From assembly GCA_036258675.1 (NCBI GenBank), contig DATADD010000141.1, positions 1 through 47,894 on the forward strand: a stretch of 47,894 nucleotides of DNA. Direction: 5' to 3'. The DNA comes from Actinomycetota bacterium. GTDB taxonomy: Bacteria > Actinomycetota > CADDZG01 > WHSQ01. Position 1 is the first letter of the stretch. Every line of letters starts with the position of its first letter. Position numbers and translations under genes: made by a program. The notes under the pieces were generated by a model that did no database searches, was not told the DNA's origin, and was given only the letters and a program-made list of their open reading frames with translations. Positions 1 through 8,978 of the stretch are shown here, piece by piece.

Positions 1-129
1 ACCCGCGCACAGCACGAGCAGCGGGGCGATCGCCACCCACGCCAACGGCGCGGCGTCGACCTCGGGCCACGCGAGCGCGAGGACCGCTCCGGCCGCGGCG
101 GCCGCGGCCGCGGCGCGCGCCAGCGACAT
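1..129 (-). CDS. Partial CDS (N-terminus only, runs off left edge); hydrophobic membrane protein resembling the apolipoprotein N-acyltransferase (Lnt) N-terminus
   Basis: Not in the ORF track. Reverse-strand ATG at 129 gives MSLARAAAAAAAAGAVLALAWPEVDAAPLAWVAIAPLLVLCAG, an Lnt-like 'LA.P....LAWVA.APLL' pattern. Only 43 codons are visible. Confidence 0.3.
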   Translation of the reverse strand, partial: MSLARAAAAAAAAGAVLALAWPEVDAAPLAWVAIAPLLVLCAG

Positions 130-193
130 GGGCCGCGTGAAGAGACGCGCCGTGGCTAGCGCTCTTCCCCCGCGCGCCGGGGGTGAGCGCGCA

Positions 194-595
194 CTAGATG
201 CAGTCGCGACACAGACCGCGCGACGCGTCGGCGAGCTGCGTGCGCGGCTTGACCAGATGGCACGACCGGCAGACGAACTCCTGGCCCTCTCGCAGCGGCA
301 CCGCGCGCGCGTGCTGCGCCTCGGTCACGGGCTCGGGCGGGTCGGGCGTCGACATGAGGTCGATGACGTCGTCGTCCCCCTCGCTGCCGGCCGCGCCCCG
401 GCGCTCGAGCAGCTCGTCCCAAGAGGCAGCCTCGTCCTCGCCGTCGTCGTCGAGGGCGCTGGGATCCTCGGCATCGACGATATCCGCGTCCTCGACTTCG
501 GTGTCCCCGCCCGGGTCGTGCGCGTCCACCGCCTCCAGCCCGAGGGTCTCGTCATCTTCTTCGATCCGGTCCCTGCCGCGCTGTCCGCGTGACAA
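194..595 (-). CDS. DUF4193 family protein (acidic, C-terminal zinc ribbon)
   Basis: ORF 194..706 trimmed to the in-frame TTG at 595, preceded by GAGAGGAG. Acidic central region and a C-terminal CRSC...CRDC motif, as in actinobacterial DUF4193. Confidence 0.75.
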   Translation of the reverse strand: MSRGQRGRDRIEEDDETLGLEAVDAHDPGGDTEVEDADIVDAEDPSALDDDGEDEAASWDELLERRGAAGSEGDDDVIDLMSTPDPPEPVTEAQHARAVPLREGQEFVCRSCHLVKPRTQLADASRGLCRDCI

Positions 596-1112
596 TGCCG
601 CTCCTCTCGCGCGTCCGTGCGCAACGGCACCCAACCCTAAGGGGCCCCGCGGCCATGGGCCCAGCACGGTGCCGAGAAAGAGAGGTCCCAAGCAACCTCG
701 TCGCACGCCTCGGCCGGAGTGCCGGGGACGTGGGACCCCGGCCTCTGCCTCGACCGCCCGCGACAGGCGGCCCGCGTTGGCGGACCCGCTGCCGGACGGC
801 GGGACGGCTGGACGTCCCGCAACCGGGTGCGTAGCACACCGGGTCCGGTCCGCTCCGGTCCGTGTCCGACCGTCGGCGCCGCTCGACGCGACTGCTTGGG
901 ACGCGAGTGATGATGCGCCGTGCGGATAGACGTGTCAACGCTTCCTCGCTGCGTCGCGCGCAGGACGCGAACCTTTCTTCGTCGTCGACAACATGCCCAC
1001 GCGTCGCCCACAGGTTGTCGACATCGTCGCCGGGCCGACCGCTGCCACGGCCCCATCCCCTTATCCTGGCACCGGCTACCAGCCGCCCCGCGACGCGGGG
1101 CAAGGAGGTCAT

Positions 1113-1487
1113 GTGAGGACCCATCAAGCGGAATGCGTCATGGTCACGGCCCACGCGCCGGACTTCGTCGACATCACCGAGGAGGTCGAGGCGGCGCTCG
1201 GTCGCTCGGGGATCCGCGACGGACACGTGACGGTCTTCTCGCCCGAGACCGCCTGCCCACTCCTGGTCCAGGAGCGGGAGTCCGGGCTCCTCGTCGACAT
1301 CGAGCAGGCGATGGACAGGCTTCGGGTCCTGCCGGGAGCCGATCGCGCCGCCCGCGTCGGCTCCCCCTCGGTCGTCCTGCCCGCGGTCGACGGGAGGCTT
1401 CGTCTCGGCATGTGGCAGCGCGTGCTGCTCGTCGAGCTCGAGCGGGGCCGGCGCCGGTCCGTGACCGTGCAGATCGTGGGTGAATGA
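1113..1487 (+). CDS. yjbQ: YjbQ/UPF0047 family secondary thiamine-phosphate synthase-like protein
   Basis: ORF 993..1487 trimmed to GTG 1113 just after CAAGGAGG. The translation (VMVTAHAPDFVDITEEV...GHVTVFSPETACPLLVQE...MWQRVLLVELERGRRRSVTVQIVG) is typical YjbQ. Confidence 0.85.
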   Translation: MRTHQAECVMVTAHAPDFVDITEEVEAALGRSGIRDGHVTVFSPETACPLLVQERESGLLVDIEQAMDRLRVLPGADRAARVGSPSVVLPAVDGRLRLGMWQRVLLVELERGRRRSVTVQIVGE

Positions 1488-2925
1488 CGTGGCCAAGCGC
1501 AGGCTTCCCAAGCAATCCGAAGACTTCCCCGCCTGGTACCAGGACGTCGTCAAGCGGTCCGGCATGGCCGAGCACGGCTTGACCAAGGGCACCATGATCA
1601 TCAAGCCGCACGGATACGCGGTCTGGGAGGAGCTCCAGCGCGCGCTCGACACGCGCTTCAAGGCGACCGGTCACGAGAACCTCTACTTCCCCCTGTTGAT
1701 ACCCGAGAAGCTCCTCGCCCGCGAGGCCGAGCACGTGGAGGGGTTCTCTCCTGAGCTTGCCGTCGTCACACACGGTGGCGGCGAGAAGCTCGAGGAGCCG
1801 CTCGTCGTGAGGCCGACCTCGGAGGCGACGATCTGGGCCGCCTACGCCAACTGGATCCAGAGCTACCGCGACCTCCCGCTGCTCTACAACCAATGGTGCA
1901 ATGTGCTCCGGTGGGAGATGCGGACGCGTCTGTTCCTGCGCACGAGCGAGTTCCTGTGGCAGGAGGGCCACACCGCGCACGCGACCGCGGACGAAGCCCG
2001 CGCCGAGGTCCTGCGCATGCTCGAGGTCTATCGAGAGGTCGCGGAGGACGTCGCCGCGATGCCGGTCCTCCCCGGGCGCAAGTCAGAGTCCGAGAAGTTC
2101 GCCGGGGCCGTTACCACGCTTACGATCGAGGGGCTCATGCGCGACAGGAGGGCGCTGCAGTGCGCGACCTCGCACTTCCTCGGGCAGAACTTCGCGCGCG
2201 CCTACGACGTCACGTTCCTCAACGCGCGCGGGGAGGAGGAGCACGCGTGGGGTACGTCGTGGGGGATGTCGACGCGCATGGTCGGCGGCGTGATCATGAC
2301 CCACGGCGACGATCGCGGCCTGCGGCTGCCGCCCCGGTTGGCGCCGGTGCAGGTCGTCGTCGTCCCGATCTACTCCACCGACGACGAACGCGCCCGTGTC
2401 ATGGAGGTGGCCGTCAAGGTCAAGGACGCGTGCGCCGGCAACGGCGTTCGGGTCCGACTCGACGACCGCGATCACCACCGCCCGGGCTACAAGTTCAGCG
2501 AGTGGGAGCTCAAGGGCGTTCCCCTGCGCGTCGAGGTGGGCCCCAAGGACGTCGAGCGGGGTCGCGTGGTGGTCGTCGCCCGTACCGACGGCACCAAGAA
2601 GGAGGTCGCGACGGAGGAGGCGATCGCGGGCATGGCGGCCGCCCTCCAGGACGTCCAGAGCGCGTTGCTGACCGACGCACGTGCCTTCCGCGACGAGCAC
2701 ACCCACGAGGCCGGCGACTACGACGCGCTGCGGATGGGTCTCGAGGCCGAGGGCGGATTCTGGATCGGCTCGTGGTGCGGCCGCCTCGAGTGCGAGCAGC
2801 GCGTCATCGAGGACGCCAAGGCGACGATACGCGTGCTGCCGATCGACCCCGTGGATCCGGAGGCGCCCTGCACGGTGTGCGGCCGGGCCGGCGTCGAGCG
2901 CGCCACCTGGGCGCGCGCCTACTGA
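1480..2925 (+). CDS. proS: Proline--tRNA ligase (archaeal/eukaryote-like class II ProRS)
   Basis: 481 aa with FPAWYQDVV, TKGTMIIKPHGYAVWE, VVRPTSE and C-terminal zinc-type cysteines. GTG start overlaps the yjbQ stop by 8 nt (alternative GTG at 1489). Confidence 0.95.
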   Translation: MNDVAKRRLPKQSEDFPAWYQDVVKRSGMAEHGLTKGTMIIKPHGYAVWEELQRALDTRFKATGHENLYFPLLIPEKLLAREAEHVEGFSPELAVVTHGGGEKLEEPLVVRPTSEATIWAAYANWIQSYRDLPLLYNQWCNVLRWEMRTRLFLRTSEFLWQEGHTAHATADEARAEVLRMLEVYREVAEDVAAMPVLPGRKSESEKFAGAVTTLTIEGLMRDRRALQCATSHFLGQNFARAYDVTFLNARGEEEHAWGTSWGMSTRMVGGVIMTHGDDRGLRLPPRLAPVQVVVVPIYSTDDERARVMEVAVKVKDACAGNGVRVRLDDRDHHRPGYKFSEWELKGVPLRVEVGPKDVERGRVVVVARTDGTKKEVATEEAIAGMAAALQDVQSALLTDARAFRDEHTHEAGDYDALRMGLEAEGGFWIGSWCGRLECEQRVIEDAKATIRVLPIDPVDPEAPCTVCGRAGVERATWARAY

Positions 2926-2930
2926 CCTCC

Positions 2931-3650
2931 TCAGCCCCGCAGGCCGAGGACCTCCAGGATCTGCGAGTGCTCGTCGAGCACCCACTCGGCGTCCGGCGCG
3001 TCGGACGCGTCGTCGTGGATCCCCCGGAAACGAGCCGCGTGCATGCCGATGTCGTGAGCGCCGGCGATGTCGGTGCGGCGCAGGTCGCCGACGTGGACCG
3101 CCTCGGGCGGGCGCACGCCGAGCTCCGCGAGCGCCTTGGCGAAGATCTCGTTGCCCGGCTTGGGGACCCCGACCTCGTCCGAGAAGCAGAGCGTCTCGAG
3201 GTGCTCGCTCAACCCCGCGTCGTCGAGGAAGCCGCGCACGACCCGCCCCGGGGTGAAGCCGGTGTCGCAGACGAGCCCGAGGCGGATGCCGAGGCGCCTC
3301 AGCTCGCTCAGGGTCTCCACCGCACCCTCGACCGGCGCGACGCCCGCGACGAGACTCGCCTCCTCGAACTCGCGGGTGAGCTCCTCGATCGCCTCGTCGT
3401 CGAAGATGCCGCGCGCCTCGAGGCAGTAGGCCGCCATGCGCCCGGGGCCGAACGTCTCCACCTGCTTCCACGCCTCGTCGTGCTTGCGCCACGCCTCCAG
3501 CAGCAGGTCTTCGGCCTCTTCGTCGCGCAGGTCCAGGAAACGACCGAGGGCGCCTATGCGTTTGTGCATGGCGCCCTCCCAGTCCCGGTCCATCAGCAGC
3601 GTCGCCCAGCAGTCGTAGGTGACCGCCCGGATGCCCTCGACCCTCTTCAC
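2931..3650 (-). CDS. HAD-superfamily hydrolase, last gene of the lysine operon
   Basis: ORF 2931..4301 trimmed to GTG 3650, which forms a GTGA overlap with the kal stop. Motifs: AVTYDCWATLL (DxD-like motif I region), GLVCDTG, KPGNEIF, HVGDLRRTDIAGA. Confidence 0.85.
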   Translation of the reverse strand: MKRVEGIRAVTYDCWATLLMDRDWEGAMHKRIGALGRFLDLRDEEAEDLLLEAWRKHDEAWKQVETFGPGRMAAYCLEARGIFDDEAIEELTREFEEASLVAGVAPVEGAVETLSELRRLGIRLGLVCDTGFTPGRVVRGFLDDAGLSEHLETLCFSDEVGVPKPGNEIFAKALAELGVRPPEAVHVGDLRRTDIAGAHDIGMHAARFRGIHDDASDAPDAEWVLDEHSQILEVLGLRG

Positions 3651-4069
3651 GAACCACTCCCCTCGGCCGCGCCGCCGGCGCGGCGTTGTCGGTCCCTCTT
3701 CACGACACAGGTCGCCACCGCCTCCGCGATCAGGTCCGCCTCCTCCAGCAGGTCCGCCGCGGAATCCGATACGTCCGGACGGGGGCGAGCGTAGCGGAAC
3801 ACCTCGAGGCGCATCTCCCGCGAGCTGGTGCCCCGGCGGGTGATCTCGCCTCTCACCTCGACGAAGTCGCCGGCATACAGCGGGGCGCGGAATCGCACCG
3901 AGGAGTAGCCGGCCAACAGGCCCTCGTCGCCGTCGCTGCGGATGCACAGCTCGGTCGCGGCGTCGCCGAGCAGCTCCATGATCCGTCCACCCGCCACCAC
4001 TCCCCCGCCGTAGTGGGCGTCGGCTTCGCCCAGGCGCAGACGCAGGGTCGCCCGGATCGGATCCCTCAC
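3647..4069 (-). CDS. kal: 3-aminobutyryl-CoA ammonia-lyase-like hotdog protein
   Basis: ORF 3647..4504 trimmed to GTG 4069 (GTGA overlap with the kamE stop). AHYGGGVVAGGRIMELLGDAATEL...DGDEGLLAGY...FRAPLYAGDF...GTSSREM matches the Kal hotdog family of lysine fermentation. Confidence 0.8.
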   Translation of the reverse strand: MRDPIRATLRLRLGEADAHYGGGVVAGGRIMELLGDAATELCIRSDGDEGLLAGYSSVRFRAPLYAGDFVEVRGEITRRGTSSREMRLEVFRYARPRPDVSDSAADLLEEADLIAEAVATCVVKRDRQRRAGGAAEGSGS

Positions 4070-4833
4070 GACGCGCGCGCGGCCTCCGGCTCGCCGGCCT
4101 CGAGACGTCGCGACGCGGTCCACGCGAGGTAGGAGGCAACCTCGGACGGCCTCGTTCCCCGTCCGAAGATCCTGTCGTAGCCCAGCTCCGCCGCCTGGTC
4201 GGGTGAGAAGCGCGGGCCGCCGCCCACGAGCACGACGCGCCCGCGCAGCCCCGCCTCCTCGAGCGCGGCGCGCACCTCCCGCAGGTGCAGCAGATGCGCA
4301 TCGCGCTGCGTTACGACCTGCGAGACGAGGACCGCGTCGGCCTCCTCCCGGCGGACGGTGTCGACGATCTCGGCCGGCGTCACCTGCGACCCCATGTTGA
4401 TCACCCGCATCTCGGGGAAGTACTCCAGGCCGTGGTCGCCTGCGTACCCCTTCATGGACAGGATCGCGTCGAGACCGACCGTGTGGGCGTCCGTCCCGGT
4501 GCACGCGCCCACGACCACTAGCTGTCTCTTGAGCGTCTCCCTCAGGATCCGGTTGACCTCCTGGTAGGAGAGCTCGGGGAAGTCGCGCTCGCGCACCTCG
4601 AGCTCCTCGGGCTCGACCGAGTGCGTCGTGGCGCCGTAGACCGTGAAGAACGTGAAGTGGGGGCCCATCCCCTTCATGTGCACGACCTGAGGGCGCTCGA
4701 AGCCCATCTTGCGGGCGAGCTCGAGGGCGGCCGCGCGCGCCCGCTCCCCCTCCTCCAGGGGGAGCGTGAACGACAGCTGCACGAGCGCATCGCCGGTCGC
4801 GTCGCCGTAGGGCACGATCGCGCTCACTCCCAT
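4066..4833 (-). CDS. kamE: Beta-lysine/D-lysine 5,6-aminomutase beta subunit (B12-binding)
   Basis: ORF 4066..5307 trimmed to ATG 4833. MGVSAIVPYGD..., GACTGTDAHTVGLDAI (B12-binding DxHxxG-type region), PLP/B12 Rossmann domain. Overlaps the kamD stop by 10 nt. Confidence 0.9.
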   Translation of the reverse strand: MGVSAIVPYGDATGDALVQLSFTLPLEEGERARAAALELARKMGFERPQVVHMKGMGPHFTFFTVYGATTHSVEPEELEVRERDFPELSYQEVNRILRETLKRQLVVVGACTGTDAHTVGLDAILSMKGYAGDHGLEYFPEMRVINMGSQVTPAEIVDTVRREEADAVLVSQVVTQRDAHLLHLREVRAALEEAGLRGRVVLVGGGPRFSPDQAAELGYDRIFGRGTRPSEVASYLAWTASRRLEAGEPEAARAS

Positions 4834-6428
4834 CTCACCCCGAGCCGCGCGGCGAGGAGGTCGCCGATCGGGTTGGCGTAACCGCCCGCTCTCTCGATCA
4901 CGCCATCGAGGCCCTTGCCGCCGTCCTTCGTGCGAACCGTGTCGGCGAACATCCCCGCCTCGATCGCGTCGAACATGCCGATGTCGGCGACCTTGCGAAG
5001 CATCTGTAGGCACTCCTCGAGGACCTGGGCGGCGCGCCGCTCGACGAGCCCTCCCTCCTCGAAGTGCAGCTCGCCGGCGAGGCCCCCGGCGCCACCGAAC
5101 ACGTAGCAGGCGTTCTCGAGCGCGAGGTCGCGGTCCGACAGGAACGGTGTGTGGATCCCCTCGGTCATCATGCCGAGCAGAATGATGTCCTGTCCCGTGA
5201 GCGCGCCGACCAGGTTGAACATGCCGTCGTAGAGGAACCCCTGGAAGATGTTGCCCGTCATGTGCTTGGTCGGAGGCATGTACTTGAGGGGGGCATCGGG
5301 GAAGCACTCACGCACGAGCTGGGCGTGGGCAAGCTCGAGCAGGATCTGGTCCGGCAGAGACGGGTCGATCTCGAACGCATGCCCGAGGCCCATCTGCGCG
5401 GGGGGCAACCCGGCCGAGAGCGCGAGCCGCTCGTTGAGGAACTGCGAGGCCAGCACCGTGTGGGCGGCATCGACCGCGTCGGCCGTCGTGAGGTAGTTGT
5501 CCTCGCCGGTGTTGATGACGATGCCGGCGAGTGAGTGGACCATGCGAGAGAAGTGCTGATCCACGAACGTGCGCTGCATGTTGATGTCGCGGAAGATGAT
5601 CCCGTACATGCAGTCGTTGAGCATCATGTCGAGCCGCTCGACCGCGGCCATGACGGCGATCTCGGGCATGCAGAGCCCGCTCGCGTAGTTCGTGAGACGG
5701 ATGTAGCGCCCCAGGTCCTCCCCCACCGCGTCGAGGGCGGCGCGCATGAGCCGGAAGTTCTCCTGGGTCGCAAAGGTCCCGGCGAAGCCGTCCTCGGTCG
5801 CCCCGAAGGGAACGTAGTCGAGCAGCGACTGCCCCGTCGAGCGGATCACCGCGATGACGTCGCAGCCCTCGCGCGCGGCTGCCTGCGCCTGCGGGATGTC
5901 CTCGTAGATGTTCCCGGTCGCGACGATGAGATAGAACCACGGCTTGGTCGCGTCGCCGGTGCGGTCGATCGCGCGCTGCCTCTCCTCGGCGGCCGCCGCG
6001 ACCCGGGTCACCGCGTCGTCGGCGAGGCGGCGCGCCGCCGCGAGCGCCGCCTCGAGGCTCGGCCCCTCGGGCCACGAGGGCCGCAGCTCGCGGCGCGCGA
6101 TCCGCTCCGCGGTCTCCTGCACGCCCTCGCCGGTGGCCTCGACCGCGGCAAGGAACGGGACCGTGGCCCCCCGCTCGAGGCCGGCCCCCGCCCGGATCTC
6201 GTCCACGACCCGGTTCGGGATCGGCACGGCCTCGGAGCCGTCGCCCTCGGCGCCGTCGACGCCGAGAAGGCGGAGGGTCGCGCGCTCGATCGACGCAGTC
6301 GTGCGGCGCCGGGCGAGCTCCTCGATCGGCGCCGCGATGTCCGCCGCGAGCGCGCGGCATTCCTCGACCGCGGCCTCGTCGATGCGGAGGCGTCCGAGGG
6401 GCCGGGAGAAGACGCGCGCAGCCCTCAT
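4824..6428 (-). CDS. kamD: Beta-lysine/D-lysine 5,6-aminomutase alpha subunit
   Basis: ORF 4824..7904 trimmed to ATG 6428 (ATGA overlap with the amidohydrolase stop). 534 aa with KPWFYLIVATGNIYEDI, IRLTNYASGLCMPEIA and TGEDNYLTTAD, characteristic of KamD. Confidence 0.9.
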   Translation of the reverse strand: MRAARVFSRPLGRLRIDEAAVEECRALAADIAAPIEELARRRTTASIERATLRLLGVDGAEGDGSEAVPIPNRVVDEIRAGAGLERGATVPFLAAVEATGEGVQETAERIARRELRPSWPEGPSLEAALAAARRLADDAVTRVAAAAEERQRAIDRTGDATKPWFYLIVATGNIYEDIPQAQAAAREGCDVIAVIRSTGQSLLDYVPFGATEDGFAGTFATQENFRLMRAALDAVGEDLGRYIRLTNYASGLCMPEIAVMAAVERLDMMLNDCMYGIIFRDINMQRTFVDQHFSRMVHSLAGIVINTGEDNYLTTADAVDAAHTVLASQFLNERLALSAGLPPAQMGLGHAFEIDPSLPDQILLELAHAQLVRECFPDAPLKYMPPTKHMTGNIFQGFLYDGMFNLVGALTGQDIILLGMMTEGIHTPFLSDRDLALENACYVFGGAGGLAGELHFEEGGLVERRAAQVLEECLQMLRKVADIGMFDAIEAGMFADTVRTKDGGKGLDGVIERAGGYANPIGDLLAARLGVRWE

Positions 6429-7966
6429 GCGGCCTCCGCCTCCGGCGGCGGCCACACCCGCGTGCCCCCGATCCAGGTCCCGAGCACGTCCGTCTTCTCG
6501 AGCTCGTCCGGGTCGACCGCGAGCGGATCGCGATCGAGGAGCGCGAGGTCCGCGCGACGACCCGCGGCGAGGGTGCCCTTCGCGGTCGGGTCGCCCGTGA
6601 CGGCCACCGGGCCGGCGGTGTGAAGGGCGAGGGCGTCGGCCGCCGGCAGCGACTCCTCGGCGAGGTGGTGGGCGCGCAGAGCCGCCATCTGCAGGAACGG
6701 GTCGAGAGGCGTCACCGTCGAGTCGGATCCGGCCGCGAGCGTGAGCCCGGCCCGGAGCATGGAGCCGAAGCGGTTCATCGTGCGAGCCCGGTCCCACCCG
6801 AGGCGGCGGGCGTAGAGGCCCCGCTCGCCGCCCCACAGGCGGTCGAACGCCGGTTGGATGCTGGGGCGCAGCCCGAGACGGGCCGCGCGCCGGATGTGGT
6901 CGTCGGTGGCGCACTCGAAGTGCTCGATGCGGTGGCCGGCGGCGGCGACCTGGGCGCGCCCGACCCGCTCGCTCACCGCCTCCCAGGTTGCGAGCGCCTG
7001 GTCGATCGCGGCATCTCCGATCGCGTGCACACCGACCTGCAGCCGCGCCCGCTGCGCGCGCAGGAAGAAGTCGAGCAGCTCCTCGTCGTCGCGGTAGGAG
7101 ATGCCGTTCGGGGGCGAACCGGGAGGCGGGGTGTCCAGGTAGGGGGCCCTCATCCACGCCGTGTGCGAGCCGAAGGAGCCGTCGAGGAAGTAGTCGCCTC
7201 CGATGCGGTCGAAGCCCATGGCCGTGACTCGCTCGACGTCGTCGGTCGCGAGAAACGTGACCACCCTCAGCGCGACGTCTTCGACCGCGGCCTGGAACAC
7301 CTCGGCCGAGTCCCACCCCCGCCACTCGACCACGAACATCTCGTGGACCTCGGTGACGCCCTTCGAGTAGGCGACGCGCACGGCCTGCGCGACGGCATCT
7401 CGTTGCTGGGCCGGGGTCAGGGCGCGATCGAACCAGCTCCACGCCTGGGCCGCGGCCTGCTCCCGCAGGTACCCCGTCGGTCTCCCGGCCGGATCCCGGT
7501 CGACGCCGACCACCCCTCCGAGCTCGAGCTCGTCCACCAACGCCGTCGAGACGATGCACGAGTGCATGTCGGCCCGCCCCAGCAGCGCGGGACGGTCCCC
7601 CACCGCAGCGTCGAGGTCGCGCGCGGTCAGCGGCTCGTCGAGCGGGTCCTCGAAGTTCCCCCCGAACAGGATCCCGTCCGGCTCGGCGCGCGCTCGCCGC
7701 GCCAGCGCGGCCACGATCGCGCGCGCGGACCGCTCTCCGCGCAGGTCGAGGCCGCTCGCGTAGAGACCGGTCGCGGGCAGGTGGACGTGCGCGTCGGCGA
7801 ACCCGGGGACGAGCGTCCCGCCGTCGAGGTCGACGCGCGCGCCGGCGGGGGGCGGCTCCCCTCGTCCCGCCGCGGTTATCGCCTCGTCGGTGACGAGGAG
7901 CCACTCCGCGCGCTCCTCGCCCCGGCCGGTGCGTACGCAGCCCCCGTGGAACAGCGTCGTCCTCAC
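6425..7966 (-). CDS. Metal-dependent amidohydrolase (YtcJ-like, amidohydrolase_3), embedded in the lysine operon
   Basis: ORF 6425..8827 trimmed to GTG 7966 (GTGA overlap with the kdd stop). GFADAHVHL HxH metal motif, HAIGDAAID, IEHFE, AAGSDSTVTP. Confidence 0.85.
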   Translation of the reverse strand: MRTTLFHGGCVRTGRGEERAEWLLVTDEAITAAGRGEPPPAGARVDLDGGTLVPGFADAHVHLPATGLYASGLDLRGERSARAIVAALARRARAEPDGILFGGNFEDPLDEPLTARDLDAAVGDRPALLGRADMHSCIVSTALVDELELGGVVGVDRDPAGRPTGYLREQAAAQAWSWFDRALTPAQQRDAVAQAVRVAYSKGVTEVHEMFVVEWRGWDSAEVFQAAVEDVALRVVTFLATDDVERVTAMGFDRIGGDYFLDGSFGSHTAWMRAPYLDTPPPGSPPNGISYRDDEELLDFFLRAQRARLQVGVHAIGDAAIDQALATWEAVSERVGRAQVAAAGHRIEHFECATDDHIRRAARLGLRPSIQPAFDRLWGGERGLYARRLGWDRARTMNRFGSMLRAGLTLAAGSDSTVTPLDPFLQMAALRAHHLAEESLPAADALALHTAGPVAVTGDPTAKGTLAAGRRADLALLDRDPLAVDPDELEKTDVLGTWIGGTRVWPPPEAEAA

Positions 7967-8967
7967 GCCCGGAACCTCTCCAGGAGCCGGGCCTCGGAGC
8001 GGACGAGGTCGAGCGCGAGCTGCGCGTGCCCGGGGACGAAACCGTTGCCGATCGTCATCTCGCAGTGCTTCCCGAGGCCCTCCGCGGTGAGCGCGGCTGC
8101 GGTGAAGGACGTCGTCATGGAGAAGAAAACTACCCGTCCCTCGTCCCGGCAGGCCATGATGGCTCCACCCTCGCAGCGGGGAACGTTGGCGCACACGAAG
8201 ACGAGGTCGGCCAGCTCGCCCGCGAACGCACCCGTGACCGCGTCGTGCACCGCGACGGGGTCCGTGCAGTCGACCACGACCGGCTCGGCACCGGCCTCCT
8301 TGGCCCCCGTCGCCGTCGCCTCCGGCCAGCACAGCCCCAGCACGCGCCCCTCGCGGCCCACGTTGCGAACCGCCTGCGCCGCGCTCAGCATCCCGGACTT
8401 GCCCCCGGCGCCCACAACCGCCACCTTCATGCCGGGGCGGGCGAGGCGCGCCATCCACGCGGGCGCTCCGGCGACGTCGAGGGCCCCCAGCACGATCTCG
8501 TCCTCCAGGTCGGGCGGCATCTCGGCGAAGTTCGAGGACTCGAACAGGATCGCGCGCCCCGCGACCCGCACCTTCTCCGACGCCGGATCCAGCTGCGCGA
8601 TGTCGTGCAGGACGAGGGGAGTGAGCGTGAGCGACACGAGCGAGGCGACGCGCGTTCCCACCGCGGGCTCGGTGCGTCCCTCGCCGAGCTCGCTCACGCG
8701 CCCCACGAGCATCCCTCCGGAGCCGGTCGCGGGGTTGTGCATCTTGCCCGCGGATCCGACTATCTCTTCGATGCGCGCGCCGATGGCGGCCGCCGAGTCG
8801 CCGCAGGAGTCGCGCAGCTGCCTCCACGACGCGGAGTCGATGTTGAGGTACTCCACGTCGATCGCCATCTCGCCCGGGCGCAGGGGCGAGCGCGCATCGA
8901 GGACGCGCGCCTGCTGGGGCAGCGCCCCCCGGGGGTCCACGGAGCGATGGATGCCGAAGCGCTCCAC
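7963..8967 (-). CDS. kdd: L-erythro-3,5-diaminohexanoate dehydrogenase
   Basis: GIHRSVDPRGALPQQA, LNIDSASWRQL, KMHNPATGSGGMLVGRV, VVGAGGKSG Rossmann motif. Start placed at GTG 8967 by analogy with known Kdd N-termini; the longest ORF starts at 9015. Confidence 0.85.
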   Translation of the reverse strand: MERFGIHRSVDPRGALPQQARVLDARSPLRPGEMAIDVEYLNIDSASWRQLRDSCGDSAAAIGARIEEIVGSAGKMHNPATGSGGMLVGRVSELGEGRTEPAVGTRVASLVSLTLTPLVLHDIAQLDPASEKVRVAGRAILFESSNFAEMPPDLEDEIVLGALDVAGAPAWMARLARPGMKVAVVGAGGKSGMLSAAQAVRNVGREGRVLGLCWPEATATGAKEAGAEPVVVDCTDPVAVHDAVTGAFAGELADLVFVCANVPRCEGGAIMACRDEGRVVFFSMTTSFTAAALTAEGLGKHCEMTIGNGFVPGHAQLALDLVRSEARLLERFRA

Positions 8968-8978
8968 CCGACCGGCGC

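Noticed and set aside
596-1112. Possible TPP riboswitch upstream of yjbQ (a thiamine-related family), or small peptide genes in the long spacer.
   Set aside because: I could not find the conserved CUGAGA/ACCUGA-type TPP core on the plus strand, and the small ORFs have shadow-type composition. Kept only as a low-interest note that the spacer is unusually long.
2931-8827. N-terminal extensions of the lysine-operon ORFs as given in the track (456, 285, 413, 1026 and 800 aa versions).
   Set aside because: The extensions are Arg/Gly/Pro-rich, run through the upstream gene, and have no counterpart in the respective families. Internal starts coincide with family N-termini and with ATGA/GTGA stop-start overlaps.
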